Source: Octopus vulgaris (Eukaryota). Taken from it: DNA of 64,000 bases. The stretch lies in the NCBI GenBank assembly GCA_951406725.2, contig OX597832.1, positions 43,834,001-43,898,000 on the forward strand, in the 5' to 3' direction. Positions 40,770 to 53,365 of the stretch are shown one piece after another. Below the pieces are notes generated by a model. The model saw nothing but the letters and a program-made list of their open reading frames with translations. It was not told where the DNA came from and ran no database searches. Within the stretch, counting starts at the first letter, position 1. Each line of letters starts with the position of its first letter. The position numbers and the translations under genes were made by a program.

Positions 40770-40918
40770 CGGAGTAAACACATAAATGTGAAACAAGGTG
40801 GAAAAAATAGTACTCAAATACCAGTGGTAGAGTAATATGCTTTATTTAAAGCAGCAGAAAATTCAACGGGAAACTCAGAGTAACAGGTTTTGTTGAATTT
40901 TCTGCTGCTTTAAATAAA

Positions 40919-40920
<2 letters not shown>
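40768..40920 (-). mobile_element. Second copy of the 22885-23106 fold-back element, hairpin centre deleted
   Basis: Reverse complement of 23106-23008 followed by GAAACTCAGAGTAACAG. Flanked by (TA)n. Confidence 0.8.
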
Positions 40921-40956
<36 letters not shown>

Positions 40957-41203
40957 TTACATCTAATGTAGGATAAAATTTTTTTCAAAAAAATTTTATC
41001 AATGGCCAGCATATTAAAAAATACCTTTAAAGGTTAAATTTATAAACTTATAAATAAGGGCAAACGAAAAAAAATTTCTAATGCCAAATATGCCGAAATT
41101 AGACACATTGTCCATAATCATTATAATTTATCACAATAAGCACGCTACTCGAAAAAGGTCGACAGAAATTTCTAAAAAATTTTTTTGTTTACCTTTATTT
41201 ATA

Positions 41204-41292
<89 letters not shown>

Positions 41293-41293
<1 letters not shown>

Positions 41294-41560
41294 ATGATAA
41301 AACTGGAACAAATGACATTCTTTATTTAAAAATCACTACAATTGTTTCAATACATTTTTACACCTGTAATACATTGGTGAGATGTTGTGTAATCATTATC
41401 ATGCATCCAAGATGTGAACTTCACCTCCTCAGGTGAGTGCTTATATAAGCCCTTCATTAAATGCTAATTACACAATATCTCACCTACAAATGTGTTGAAA
41501 CAATTGTACTGATTCTAAATAAAGAATGCCATTTATTCTATTTTCTATTATTCATCTAAT
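41293..41560. mobile_element. Fold-back element with a candidate hammerhead having a large domain II (41333-41436, minus strand)
   Basis: The minus strand reads TCAC-CTGAGGA-[~77 nt]-GAAA-CAATTG-TA-GTGA. An inverted partial arm is at 41462-41560. Confidence 0.55.
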
Positions 41561-41865
41561 TATATAAGCTCTATGGGTACTATGGAATTCCTGATATATA
41601 TTCAGTACAAGGAGCATTTTCACTGTATGATGACATCAGGTAGCCAATAACTGGACAAGCTTTGCATAACACTCTACAAGGTTTTATTTAAGTTGGTATG
41701 TGTGTGAATGCGTGTGAGTACACTTGTGTTTCCTTGTCTTGAACATCACATGGTAGCTGTAAATGAGCGTCACTGTCATACAAGCAGTGTCAATCATTTC
41801 CCGTATTCTGTGTGATAATGTCTGACCATGGGAAAATATTTACCTGCATGGAAACACGAGAGAGT

Positions 41866-42078
41866 TACTCTTTTACTCTTTTACTTGTTTCAGTCATTTG
41901 ACTGTGGCCATGCTGGAGCACCGCCTTTAGTCGAGCAAATCGACCCCAGGACTTATTCTTTGGAAGCCTAGTACTTATTCTATCGGTCTCTCTTGCCAAA
42001 CCGCTAAGTTACAGGGATGTAAACACACCAGCATCGGTTGTCAAGAGATGTTGGGGGGACAAACACAGACTCACAAAC

Positions 42079-42115
<37 letters not shown>

Positions 42116-42286
42116 CATATATACGACAGGCTTCTTTCAGTTTCCGTCTACCAAATCCACTCACAAGGCATTGGTAGGCCCGAGGCTATAGTAGAAGACA
42201 CTTTCCCAAGGTGCCATGCAGTGGGAATGAACTCAGAACCATGTGGCTGGTAAGCAAGCTACTTACCACACAGCCACTCCTGCGCC
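41866..42286 (-). mobile_element. SINE family A inserted into a family E copy
   Basis: Full-length inverted match. Family-E body lies at 41700-41860 and its tail at 42290-42370. Confidence 0.88.
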
Positions 42287-42373
42287 TGGTGCCAGGAAGG
42301 GTGTTTGTCTATAAAAAAATCTGGTTCAATAAACTCCATCTAAACCATGCAGACATGGAAAAGTGGACATTAA

Positions 42374-42596
42374 CCCTTTCCTTACTGTATTTATTTTGAG
42401 ATGCTCTGTGTTTCTTTCAATTATTTTAAATATAACAAAGAATTTAGTAAAATAAATTAGTTATCATTCAGCTAGTATTGTTAGGAACATAAATTGTGAC
42501 TAAGGTTTGGTGGGAGATTTTAATTCAGAACTTTTGAAAACAAGACATTTGTACTCAGAGCCAGAGCTGGATTCAGCCAGGTTGGTAACGAAAGGG
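42374..42596 (-). mobile_element. piggyBac-type MITE
   Basis: TTAA|CCCTTTCCTTAC ... GTAACGAAAGGG|TTAA. Confidence 0.9.
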
Positions 42597-43929
42597 TTAA
42601 AATGATGATGGTGATAATGATGATGACGGGGGTGATGATGAGGATGTGTGAATTTGAGTTTGTTCTACCCATCCATCAACTGATAACTCAGTAAAAAAGA
42701 TGGCTGGAACAACTAGTAGACTTAAAAAATAACTACTGTGATATGCTGACTAAAACAAGTCAAAAATAAAAGAATAATAGCCTTTATTCCATGTATATAG
42801 ACTAAACTGTAGGTCATCTTGTCCTAAGATTTAGATTTTAAAACATGTGAGCATATGTAATAGAATTGTGATGAATGGGTAGATGAAGATTTTGCTGCTG
42901 CATTGAGCAGGTGGAACTGCTCTCGGATTTTTCTTCAATTGGAAAGAATAAAACGGTAATGGATAACAGTGCTGATAAAATTACATATAATTGTCAAAAT
43001 TATGATTTATCAGTTTCTAAATGGAAATAAATTCATCTCTTGAAAGAACAACCATATGATTCCTAATCATTGAAATAAAAACAAAAATTAAAATAAAAAG
43101 TTTTTAAAATTAAAAAAAAATTATTCTGACAATTCTGACAAAGATAAAACAAGTAAAATATCAAAATTATGTAGAAATAAATTTTAAAAGAATTAAAAGA
43201 ATAAAAACTGCAAAAGCGAAGAGAATACTTAAAAACAATGATAACTGTAAATTGTTAATGTGAAGAAGTAAAAAAAAAAAAAAGAAATCTATATGGTAAA
43301 TATTAATTCTTTGGCACATTAAATGTACACACTGTTCAGTGAAGTGACGATAATGTGTTAGATATACTGTTCCTGGCTGATGGAGGAGATAGTTTGATAA
43401 ATAAATCTTGATAGAGGATGGTGTATTAAATGAACAGTGAATAATGGCATAGATAGCAATGGTGGCCGCTGACTCAGCTTCCAGAAGGGAGATAGCACAT
43501 TTCAATAAATTCTGATTTATTGGTGCTAAGAATAAAACTTCACAGAGTGTCTAGTTATTTGCTTTAGCAGAGTGAAAGGTATTCAATCAATTAAATATAA
43601 CCTCTTTGAACGGTGTTGCGTTGAAAATTACATGAAAGTACAGAAATTGGCTTGAGACTGATATTAATTCAAACCGATCTAGTGTATTAACTTGAGACGC
43701 ACATTAAAGGGATATCATCTCGCTTAAAAGATGCTTATATAATATATTCGACAGATATCGTGTCAAATAGATATCGATGCATTTGGGAGATATCTGAGCT
43801 GAAAAGCGGGCAAGGTATCAAAAGCAGCAGAGAAAGTATTTAAATGTTAGATATCAATGAGAACTTGTTGGTCAACACAGGCTTTATATCTGTGTAAATG
43901 TATATATGTGTGTATATATGTTTGTGTGT

Positions 43930-44140
43930 TCTTCAAAGATTCCAGAATTTAAAAATTGATTAGAAGCAAGCTAAATGGTTTAGCAGGAGAGGTAGGTAGG
44001 CTTTATGGTGAACCATGAGATTTATATTTGAAATCACTCTTACACCTGGCTCTATAGATAGAATCCGGAATAAATGGAAGATACTTTATCGAGTGGCAAA
44101 GTTGAAAAGCAGTAAGCTTTAAAGAGATCTGCCCGGCTAA
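43930..44140 (-). mobile_element. Very decayed LINE ORF2 fragment
   Basis: ADLFKAY and AKPFSLL/NQFLNSGIF resemble motifs just before the RT domain in CR1/Jockey-group LINEs. Confidence 0.35.
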
Positions 44141-44302
44141 GAGACTGGCAGTCTCACCGAGATATAGAAATCACCCAATAAAATGTTTCCTCAGCGTCAA
44201 GTTTATACTGAAAATCACAAGTTTTTGGCTATAACAGAATATTTCATGTATTTGCTCCAAGGATAACACAAATACATTAAAAAATAGTATAACACAAACA
44301 GC

Positions 44303-44365
<63 letters not shown>

Positions 44366-44394
44366 TGTATATATATGTATATATATATTCTTTT

Positions 44395-44742
44395 TTCCTT
44401 TATTCCTTTACTTGTTTCAGTCATCTGACTGCAGCCATGCTGGAGCACTGCATTTAGTCAAACAAATCAAGCCCAAGACTTATTCTTTGTAAGCCTAGTA
44501 CTTATTCTATTGGTCTCTTTTTTGACGAACCGCTAAGTGACAGGGCGAAATGTTTAGCGGTATTTTGTCTGTCGTTACGTTCTGAGTTCAAATTCCGCCG
44601 AGGTTGACTTTGCCTTTCATCCTTTCGGGGTCGATAAATAAAGTACCAGTTTCGCACTGGGGTCGATATAATTGACTTAATCCCTTTGTCTGTCCTTGTT
44701 TGTCCCCTCTATGTTTAGCCCCTTGTGGGCAGTAAAGAAATA
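44395..44742. mobile_element. SINE-A 3' part (minus) fused to a 5'-truncated SINE-B monomer (plus)
   Basis: The junction near 44543 reads GTGACAGGG|CGAAATG. Confidence 0.8.
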
Positions 44743-45020
44743 TATATATGTATGTATGTATGTATGTGTGTGCGTGTTTCTATGATCTATTCAAACCCTC
44801 TCAGACTGGTGAGATTTATACAGGTGATAGACACCCTGTTTTAGTATCTGCAGGCTAATGTCAACATCAAAAGTGCGAATGAAAAGCTATTGAGGATCTG
44901 CTGGTAACAGATTGACCCTTATTGTAAAAACATCTTTCTATTTTTTTTTTTTTTATTCTTGGTACATTTTTTTCTATGTATATATTTTCTAGTATTGATG
45001 TCCATCTAATTTGCAGTTAA

Positions 45021-45240
45021 CCCTTTCGTTACCAACCCGGCTGAAACCGGCTCTGGCTCTGAGTACAAATGTCTTGTTTCCATAAATTTTGAATTGAAAT
45101 CTTCCACCAAACCTTAGTCACAATTTATGTTCCTATCACTAGCTTAATGACAACCAAGTTATTTTACTAAATTCTTTGTTATATCTAAAGTAATTGAAAG
45201 AAACACAGAGCATCTCAAAATAAATACAGTAACGAAAGGG
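45021..45240 (+). mobile_element. piggyBac-type MITE
   Basis: TTAA|CCCTTTCGTTAC ... GTAACGAAAGGG|TTAA. It is the inverted homologue of 42374-42596. Confidence 0.92.
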
Positions 45241-45324
45241 TTAAATCATTCGAACATTTTGTTGGTTTTTAGCAAGAGCAAGTATTATAAATGTCAAAAG
45301 ACCTGAGAATATATAATCTAAATA

Positions 45325-45595
45325 CTTTCAGCTGATTGGTTAGTGTCTTAACATCTTTCAGTTGATTGGTAAGTTTCTCAAAAGATTTCAGCTGTTTAGT
45401 TAACACCTTAACAGCTTTCACCTCATTTACCTGTACTGCAAAAAGATATCACCTGATTGGTCAGCCAACTTTCATTTGCTTAATCAAAAACCTTAAAAGC
45501 TATCTATCTCCTGATTGGTTAGCATCTTAACAACTTGCAAATGATTGGTCAAAATTTCAAAACCTGTCACTTGATTGATCAGAACCATAACAACT
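45325..45595. promoter_or_regulatory. Degenerate 30-bp tandem array with repeated inverted CCAAT (TGATTGGT) motifs
   Basis: TGATTGGT occurs at 45333, 45363, 45454, 45512 and 45542, with decayed versions at 45393, 45423 and 45572. The function is inferred. Confidence 0.4.
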
Positions 45596-45629
45596 CGAGT
45601 AATTTATAAACCTATTATTTCTTGAAACA

Positions 45630-45858
45630 GGTGGTGAGCTGGCAGAAACGTTAGCACGCCAGGCGAAATGCTTGCGGTATTTCGTCCGCCACTGCGTTCT
45701 GAGTTCAAATTCCGCCAAGGTCGACTTTGCCTTTCATCCCTTCGGGGTCGATAAATTAAGTACCAGTTACGCACTGGGGTCGATGGAATCAACTTAATCC
45801 GTTTGTCTGTCCTTGTTTGTCCCCTCTGTGTTTAGCCCCTTGTGGGTAGTAAAGAAAT
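45630..45858 (+). mobile_element. SINE family B monomer
   Basis: TSD TATTATTT(T)CTTGAAACA on both sides. Confidence 0.9.
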
Positions 45859-46091
45859 ATATTATTTCTTGAAACAGAATCATTAGCACACCAGACAAAA
45901 TTCTTAGCGACATTTCATCTAGCTTTACATTCTGAGTTCAAATTTCACCGAGGTCGACTTTGCCTTTCATCCTTTAAGGGTCGATAAAATAAATACCAGT
46001 TGAACTCTGGGGTTGATGTCATCAACTTAACCCCCTTTTCTCAATCTAAAGTTTGAAATCATTATTTCTTGAAACAATAACATCCTCAATA

Positions 46092-46507
46092 GGCGCAGGA
46101 GTGGCTGTGTGGTAAGTAGCTTGTCTACCAACCACATGGTTCCGGGTTTCAGTCCCACTGCGTGGCATCTTGGGCAAGTGTCTTCTGCTATAGCCCCGGG
46201 CCGACCAATGCCTTGTGAGTGGATTTGGTAGACGGAAACTGAAAGAAGCCTGTCATATATATGTATATATATATATATGTGTATGTGTGTTTGTGTGTCT
46301 GTGTTTGTCCTCCTAGCATTGCTTAACAACCAATGCTGGTGTGTTTACGTCCCCGTCACTTAGCAGTTCAGCAAAAGAGACCGATAGAATAAGTACTGGG
46401 TTTACAAAGAATAAGTCCTGGGGTCGATTTGCTCGAGTAAAGGCGGTGCTCCAGCATGGCCGCAGTCAAATGACTGAAACAAGTAAAAGAGTAAAGAGTA
46501 AAAGAGT
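46092..46507 (+). mobile_element. SINE family A
   Basis: Full length. It ends 50 bp from the exon donor site. Confidence 0.9.
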
Positions 46508-46556
46508 AATCCAACTTCAATACCAGACTTTAGACATTCAATAAGATAATACTTAC

Positions 46557-46706
46557 ATTGGCTGCTCTCTTTTTTTTACGGAAATATTCTCCTAGCTTTT
46601 CTTTCATTTTCAGAACAATCTCTGTTCCATTTTTCTTTTCAAATGTGTAATTTGCTTGATCAAGGTACGATTGGCTGTAATCTTTTTTAATACCATCACT
46701 CGCAAG
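46557..46706 (-). CDS. Internal exon (150 bp, phase 0/0) of a CACHD1-like / calcium-channel alpha2delta-family VWA-Cache protein
   Basis: The acceptor is TTTCCTTCTGTTTCGTTGCAG and the donor is AAT|GTAAGT. It encodes LASDGIKKDYSQSYLDQANYTFEKKNGTEIVLKMKEKLGEYFRKKKRAAN. Joined to the next exon it aligns without gaps to the recalled human CACHD1 segment LAAEELGVVTMQRIFNSFVYTEKISNGESEVQQLAKKIREKFNRYLDVVNRNKQVVEASY (shared LA, Q, YT, NG, V, K, E, F, NR, V, Y). The alignment is from memory and needs BLAST. Confidence 0.8.
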
Positions 46707-47534
46707 CTGCAACGAAACAGAAGGAAAACGACTTTGAGCATCATATAGAAAAAAAATAAATAAAAGAAAGAAAATCATTATTATTGAAGGGTTTTTAAAA
46801 TTTGTCATTATTGTAAATCATTCCTGTCATCATTAAGTTCATCATTATCATCATTATCATCATCATCATCATCAAAAACATCGTTACTCTTAATTTCAAT
46901 CACCACTGCAAACGCAGCCACCACCACCGCCGCCACCACCACCACCGCCACCGCCGCCGTCACCGCCACAACCATCACCACCACTAACACTACCACCACC
47001 GCCACCGCCACCGCCACCACCACTACCACCACCTCCATCATGATCATAAGCGTCAGCATCCATAATTTTCATCAACACTGCAGCCATCATCATCTGCACT
47101 AGTATTACAATTATAATCAACATCCTCACTTTCATAGCAAACCACCGTCTTTCCAACAGCCGCCATGACCATCACCATGACTACTACCACAATCACTAGC
47201 ACCTTCATCACAACAACATCATCATCATCAATTTTTGTCATCATTGCCAGAAACAATATCCTATTTCTAAGAAGAATCAAATAGTGCTGTACACGATTAT
47301 CACTGATTAGAAATTGTAAGAATTTCATAATAATCAAAAAAAAAAAAAAAATTAATTAAATATATGTATTCTATGCATGTTCCCCCCCCCCCTCCCGCCC
47401 CTTATTCCTTAATTTCAAATTCTAACTTCTAATGTTACCAAATATTACAAAGAAATTATCTTCCCTGTATTAACTCTCTACTAAGAACACCACATGACTA
47501 TCTTACTCAAATTTGCGGTGGCTCTGACCAATGA

Positions 47535-47945
47535 GTATTTTGTCTGTCTTTACATCCTGAGTTCAAATTCTGGCAAGTTGACTTAGCCTTTCATTCTTTC
47601 TGGGTCATTAAAACAAGTACCAGTTGCATACTGGGGTCAATCTAATCAGCCGGCCCCCTCCCACCAAATTTCAGGCCTTGTGCCTACAGTAGAAAGGATT
47701 ATTTATAGCTTAATTTAAGGTGGTGAGCTGGCAGAATCATTAGCATTCTGGATAAAATGCTAACTAACATTTCATTTGTCTTTACATTCTGAGTTCAAAT
47801 TCTACTGAGGTTGACTTTACCTTTCATTCTTTCCAGGTCAATAAAATAAGTACTTGTTGATTACTGGGGGTTGATGTAATCAACTAGACCCCCACCCACC
47901 CTTCAAATTTCAGGTCTTGTGCCTATAGTAGAAAGTATTATTTAT
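47535..47945 (+). mobile_element. Two older SINE-B-related copies with an alternative tail
   Basis: B box and conserved domain, then AAATTTCAGGCCTTGTGCC...AGTAGAAAGGATTATT. Similar pieces occur at 9585-9765, 14505-14725 (-) and 29897-30030. Confidence 0.7.
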
Positions 47946-48487
47946 AACTTTATCTGTTTTGAGTTCCACTGTTATAACAATATTTTTCATATCTCTCTAA
48001 CTTTCAAATAAAAATTCATAAGAATTCATTCATATAATGTTAACAAAAAATTGATCCATTTGATGAGAGAGAGTCACAGTTTGTTTGCAGAGAACAGATA
48101 AAATGGTGGAAAAAAAATTTAAACCCTCAAAATGGTAAGATTTCTCAAATGTCAGACTTTGTGTAGAAGACCATAAACATTTACATTCAAAATCCAGATT
48201 TCTGAATGCAAATCAGCAGGTGAGAATCTCAATCAAATACCTTAAATTAAAAACCAACAATATACACAGCTAAAACCTCCTTTTTCTCTATTTCTCTCTC
48301 TCTCTCTCTTTTTTTCTTTTTTCTTTTCCAAAGCAATGATTTCCAACCAATGTTTAAAGCTTGCTTTGATGGATAAACCTTATAATTAATAATGGAAGCA
48401 GATTCTGCTTTCCAGCATTTAAATACTGGTGACGTCTATAAATATATATATATAGCGAGAGAGACAGGTGTGTCTGTGTTGTAAGCA

Positions 48488-48900
48488 GCGAGCTGGCAGA
48501 AACGTTAGCATGCCAGGCGAAATGTGTAGCCGTATTTCATCTGCCGTTTCATTCTGAGTTCAAATTCCGCCGAGGTCGACTTTGCCTTTCATCCTTTCGG
48601 GGTCGATAAATTGAGTACCAGTTACGCACTGGGGTCGATATAATCGACTTAATCCCTTTGTCTGTCCTTGTTTGTCCCCTCTATGTTTAGCCCCTTGTGG
48701 GTAGTAAAGAAATAGGTATTTCGTCTGCTGTTACTTTCTGAGTCCAAATTCCGCTGAGGTCGACTTTGCCTTTCATCCTTTCAGGGTCGATAAATTGAGT
48801 ACCAGTTACGCACTGGGGTCGATATAATCGACTTAATCCCTTTATCTGTCCTTGTTTGTCCCCTCTATGTTTAGCCCCTTGTGGGTAGTAAAGAAATAGG
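48488..48900 (+). mobile_element. SINE family B, 2 units, inserted in a SINE-A head
   Basis: TSD GTAAG(C/T)AGC. SINE-A continues at 48900-49040. Confidence 0.88.
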
Positions 48901-49122
48901 TAAGTAGCTTGCTTTCCAACTACATGGTTCTGGTTTCAGTCCCAATGCATAGCACCATGGGCAAGTGTCTTCTACTATAGCCTCGGGCCAACCAAAGCCT
49001 TGTGAGTGTATTTGGCAGATGGAAACTGAAAGAAGCCCATCATATTATACTCAATTGTCAAGCAGCGATGGGGGACAAATACAAGGACATGCATACACAT
49101 ATATACATATGTTTATCTTTGA

Positions 49123-49525
49123 TCTTTTACTTGTTTCAGTCATTTGAATGTGGCCATACTGGAGCACCACCCTTCAAGGGTTTTAGTCAAACAAATCTAA
49201 CACAGGACTTATTTTCCTAAAAGTAGTACTTATTCTATCAGTTTTTTTTGCTGAACCGCTATGTTACAGGGATGTAAGAACACCAACATGGGTTGTTAAG
49301 TGGTGGTGGAGGACAAACACACACACACACACATGCACACACACACAAACACATGCACACACACACACAACGGGCTTCTTTCACATTCCTTCTACCAAAT
49401 CCACTTACAAGGCTTTTGTTGGCCCGAGGCTACAGTTGAAGACACTTACCCAAAGTGCCACGCTGTGGGGCTGAACCTCAAGCCATGTGGTTGGGAAGCA
49501 AGCTTCTTACAACACAGCCACGCGC
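49123..49525 (-). mobile_element. SINE family A (older copy)
   Basis: Diverged inverted copy. Confidence 0.8.
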
Positions 49526-49632
49526 ATACACGTATATATACACACACACACACATGTGTATATATGTATATGTGTATATGTGTGCATGCGCATGTAGGTG
49601 TGTGTTTGTGTATATAATATATATATATATCA

Positions 49633-49709
<77 letters not shown>

Positions 49710-49711
<2 letters not shown>

Positions 49712-50117
49712 CGCAGGAGTGGCTGTGTGGTAAGTAGCTTGCTAACCAACGACATGGTTCCGGGTTCAGTCCCTCTTTGTGGCATCTTGGGCAAGTGTCT
49801 TCTGCTATAGCCCCGGGCCGACCAATGCCTTGTGAGTGGATTTGGTAGACGGAAACTGAAAGAAGCCTGTCGTATATATGTATATATATATGTATGTGTG
49901 TGTGTTTGTGTGTCTGTGTTTGTCTCCCTAGCATTGCTTGACAACTGATGTTGGTGTGTTTACGTCCCCGTCACTTAGCGGTTCAGCAAAAAGAGATCGA
50001 TAGAATAAGTACTGGGCTTACAAAAAGACTAAGTCCCGGGGTCGAGTTGCTCGACTAAAGGCGGTGCTCCAGTATGGCCGCAGTCAAATGACTGAGACAA
50101 GTAAAAAAATAAAAGAG
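49710..50117 (+). mobile_element. SINE family A
   Basis: Full-length match. An inverted head fragment follows at 50150-50300. Confidence 0.9.
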
Positions 50118-50902
50118 ATATGTATATATATGTATGTATGTATGTATGGCAAGCTTCTTTTAGTTTCTCTCTGCCAAATCCATTCACAAGGCTTTGGTCG
50201 ACCTGAGGCTATAGTAGAAGACACATGCCCAAGGTGCCATGCAGTGGGACTGAACCCGGAACCATGTGGTTGGTAAGCAAACTTCTTAACCACACAGCCA
50301 TATACATGCAAAAATCTATCTCTTTGACAAATTCTATAAAGAAGTGATGTATTGATAGGTTATCGAAATTAGGTTGTCTTCAGTATCATTGGTAATTATA
50401 AGTTCACTGTGGAGAGAAAGCTAGAGTATGAGAATGTGAGAGAGAGAAAGGGGAAGGGGAGAGGAAGGAGAGAAAGAGAGCAAGGGAGTGAGAGAGAGAG
50501 AGAGGCAAACAGACACACACACAGTAGGATTCAATTACTAAGCAATGATTAAAGTTCAAATACACTTGAATTGTAAGCAACTTGAAGTTACTACGACAAT
50601 TATTTTTAACTAGTTACGAATTAATGTGCTGACAGCAGCACTAGCAGCAGCAGCATATAATAGATGCTGGAGATACTAGTAATGATGATGATGATGATGA
50701 TAGTGGAATGGTGGTGACAATGATGATGATGATGATGATGATAGTGGAATGGTGGTGACGATGATGATGATGATGATGATGATGATAGTGGAATGGTGGT
50801 GACGATGATGATGATAATGATGATGATGCTGGTGATGATAGTGAAATGGTGGTGACAATGATGATGATGATGATAAAGATGATGGTGATGATGGTGGTGG
50901 TG

Positions 50903-50934
<32 letters not shown>

Positions 50935-51574
50935 AGCGGAATGGTGGTGACGATGATGATGATGATGATGGTGATGATGATGCTGATGACATCACAGGTA
51001 ATGGTGACGATGATGATGAAGATGGTGGTGGTGGTGGTGGTAGTGGTGACGACGACGATGATGTTCTTTCAGTTTGTTATTGGAATAGGCTTTAGTTTTA
51101 CAAATCAGTTAAAGTCAGAGCAAGCAGTGAGCTGCTGTCAGTCTTTAGCAAACATCAACAATGACGAAATTTCTCTGACCCTCAGACCAGTAAACTCACA
51201 CCCTGTTGCCTCAGCAAACTCCAGATCCTCATATTTTAGACACAAGCTGACTCAGGGCCATCAAACAGGGAATGAATTAATTGCAAATTTTTTTCTGAAT
51301 TTCAGGATAAAACGGAGATAAAATAGTCATTAATTTGTAACCTTTTTAAATTAGATCACATTTTTTTCCCCTCTTCAGTTTCTTAAATATAAAGAAAGAA
51401 GAATAAAATTGACTGAAACGATGTCAAATCCAAAAGATGACAGACTCAAAGGCCAACATGTCCAAGGGCTGAATAGGTACTGTTGATAACTGTAGGGATC
51501 TGGACTCAGAATCTTGCCTATCAGTTGGCATATAGTCTGTGGTTCTGTTTTGGCCATTCCTCATTAATAATAAA

Positions 51575-51828
51575 TTTACGGAGATGTACTTGCATAGCAT
51601 GTGACTTGATCTGAGATCGTGTGCTGAAACAAAAGCAATTTGCAGCATGGAAGGTGTTTATAAGCCATTTAAGAAACACACAAAAACCGCTAGATTCACT
51701 TCAACATTTAAATTTAATTTGTCAAAATATTTTCGTCACTTTGAAACCGTGACCTGCTCACTGACAAAATTCCGTGCTGCATGAAATTTTGTCAGTGAAC
51801 AGGTCATGGTCTCAAAGCAATGAAAATA
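51575..51828 (-). mobile_element. Penelope-like fold-back element with a G3:C8 hammerhead variant
   Basis: Inverted arms around 51778. It is homologous to 54503-54703. Confidence 0.75.
51718..51768 (-). ncRNA. Type I hammerhead-like fold, G3:C8 core variant
   Basis: TTTGTCA-GTGAGCA-G-GTCAC GGTTTCAAA GTGAC-GAAA-ATAT-TT-TGACAAA. Confidence 0.65.
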
Positions 51829-51852
51829 CAGGTGGAAACTGTCTGGGCACTT

Positions 51853-51923
<71 letters not shown>

Positions 51924-52030
51924 ATATATGTGAGTGAGTGAATGAGAGATGATAATGATGATGGTAGTGGTTACAACGATAATGAGGAGGAGAAGGAAGA
52001 GGCAGCTAGCAAGAAAAAGTAATATTATAA

Positions 52031-52078
<48 letters not shown>

Positions 52079-52599
52079 GGGGCCTTATTACAACATCATT
52101 CATTGATTTCTACAGAAAACTAGCTCCAAGTTGTACCAGAAATGGCAGTAAATAATTCCAAGAAACGGCAAGAGCAATAGATTAAGATTCCTAAAAATAA
52201 TTCAATAATCTTTATAACTTCCTTGATTACAGATTGATTGTTTTAATTAACTAAGACAGGTTGATGAATGCTAATAAGCCTGCTAATGCCCTGGTTCTTC
52301 ATGGCAGCACCAATGAAATATGAATCTTTGGTTAACTGAATTGTAGTAATGAATGTATCATTAAAATAAAGAATGGCTTTCTTTATAAAAGGAACCTTAT
52401 AATTAGAACCTCGTTGACTAAATGATTAATTTGTTTGTTCACTAATTTAGGCTGGTGACCCTATTTAGTGATTGTTATACAGAAGAATGATAGCAAGGTT
52501 TGAATCAATGGTAAGGAAGGAAAAAATCTTTCTTGAACTTAGAGACTTATCAGACGGAGGTTTATCCCAAGTTGAGTTTCGAGGTGTTCAGGTTGAGAG

Positions 52600-52812
52600 T
52601 ATGAAATGTACCCTGGATGCGATACCAGTTTGTCACAGGATTAACCCTCAGTTGCTTACTGGTATGTATTTTCAACAGAGTACACGGGAACAGTGTGAAA
52701 CGTGTCTTACTCAAGAACACAATCAATCCATTGCCTGATCTGAGAATTGAACTCACAACCTCATCTAACTCTCATGAGCCCCAACACCTTAACCATTAGG
52801 CCACACACCTTC
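52600..52812 (-). mobile_element. Ancient tRNA-derived SINE
   Basis: The minus strand has A box TGGCCTAATGGTTAAGG, B box GAGTTCAATTC and TTGTGTTCTTGAGTAAGACAC. Confidence 0.6.
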
Positions 52813-52974
52813 ACAAGATAAAGGTGTATTATGAAGCAAAGAGTCGAATGCTTATATCTCCTAGCCATCACTATTCCATTTCCTTTATAAAACAGAGGCA
52901 TGTCCAGCTCAATGACCCAGTGCAGTTGGCTGTAAACAGGTACCATGTAGGCTTAGTAGGGTACTGTTTTTCTT

Positions 52975-53365
52975 CACTTTTATCTTTCACTTGTTTTAGT
53001 CATTAGATTGTGGCCATGCTGGGGTACTGCCTTAAAGTATATTGTTGAATGGATCCACCCCAGTACTTATTTTCAAAGTCTACTGCTTTATTTTATTGAT
53101 CTCTTTAGCCAAGCCACTTAATAAGAGACATAAACAAACTAACACTGGCTATCAAGCAGTGGTTGGGGATAAACACAAGCACACACAAACAAACAAACAA
53201 GCACAAATATGATGGGCTTCCACAGAGTTTCCATCTAACAAATTCACTCACAAGGCATTGGTTAACCCAAGGATATAGTAGAAAACACTTGCCTAAGGTG
53301 CTGTGCAGTGGGACTGAACCTGAAACCACATAGTTTTAAAGCAAACTTCTTAACCATGCAGCCAT
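52975..53365 (-). mobile_element. SINE family A (old copy)
   Basis: Diverged inverted copy. Confidence 0.75.
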
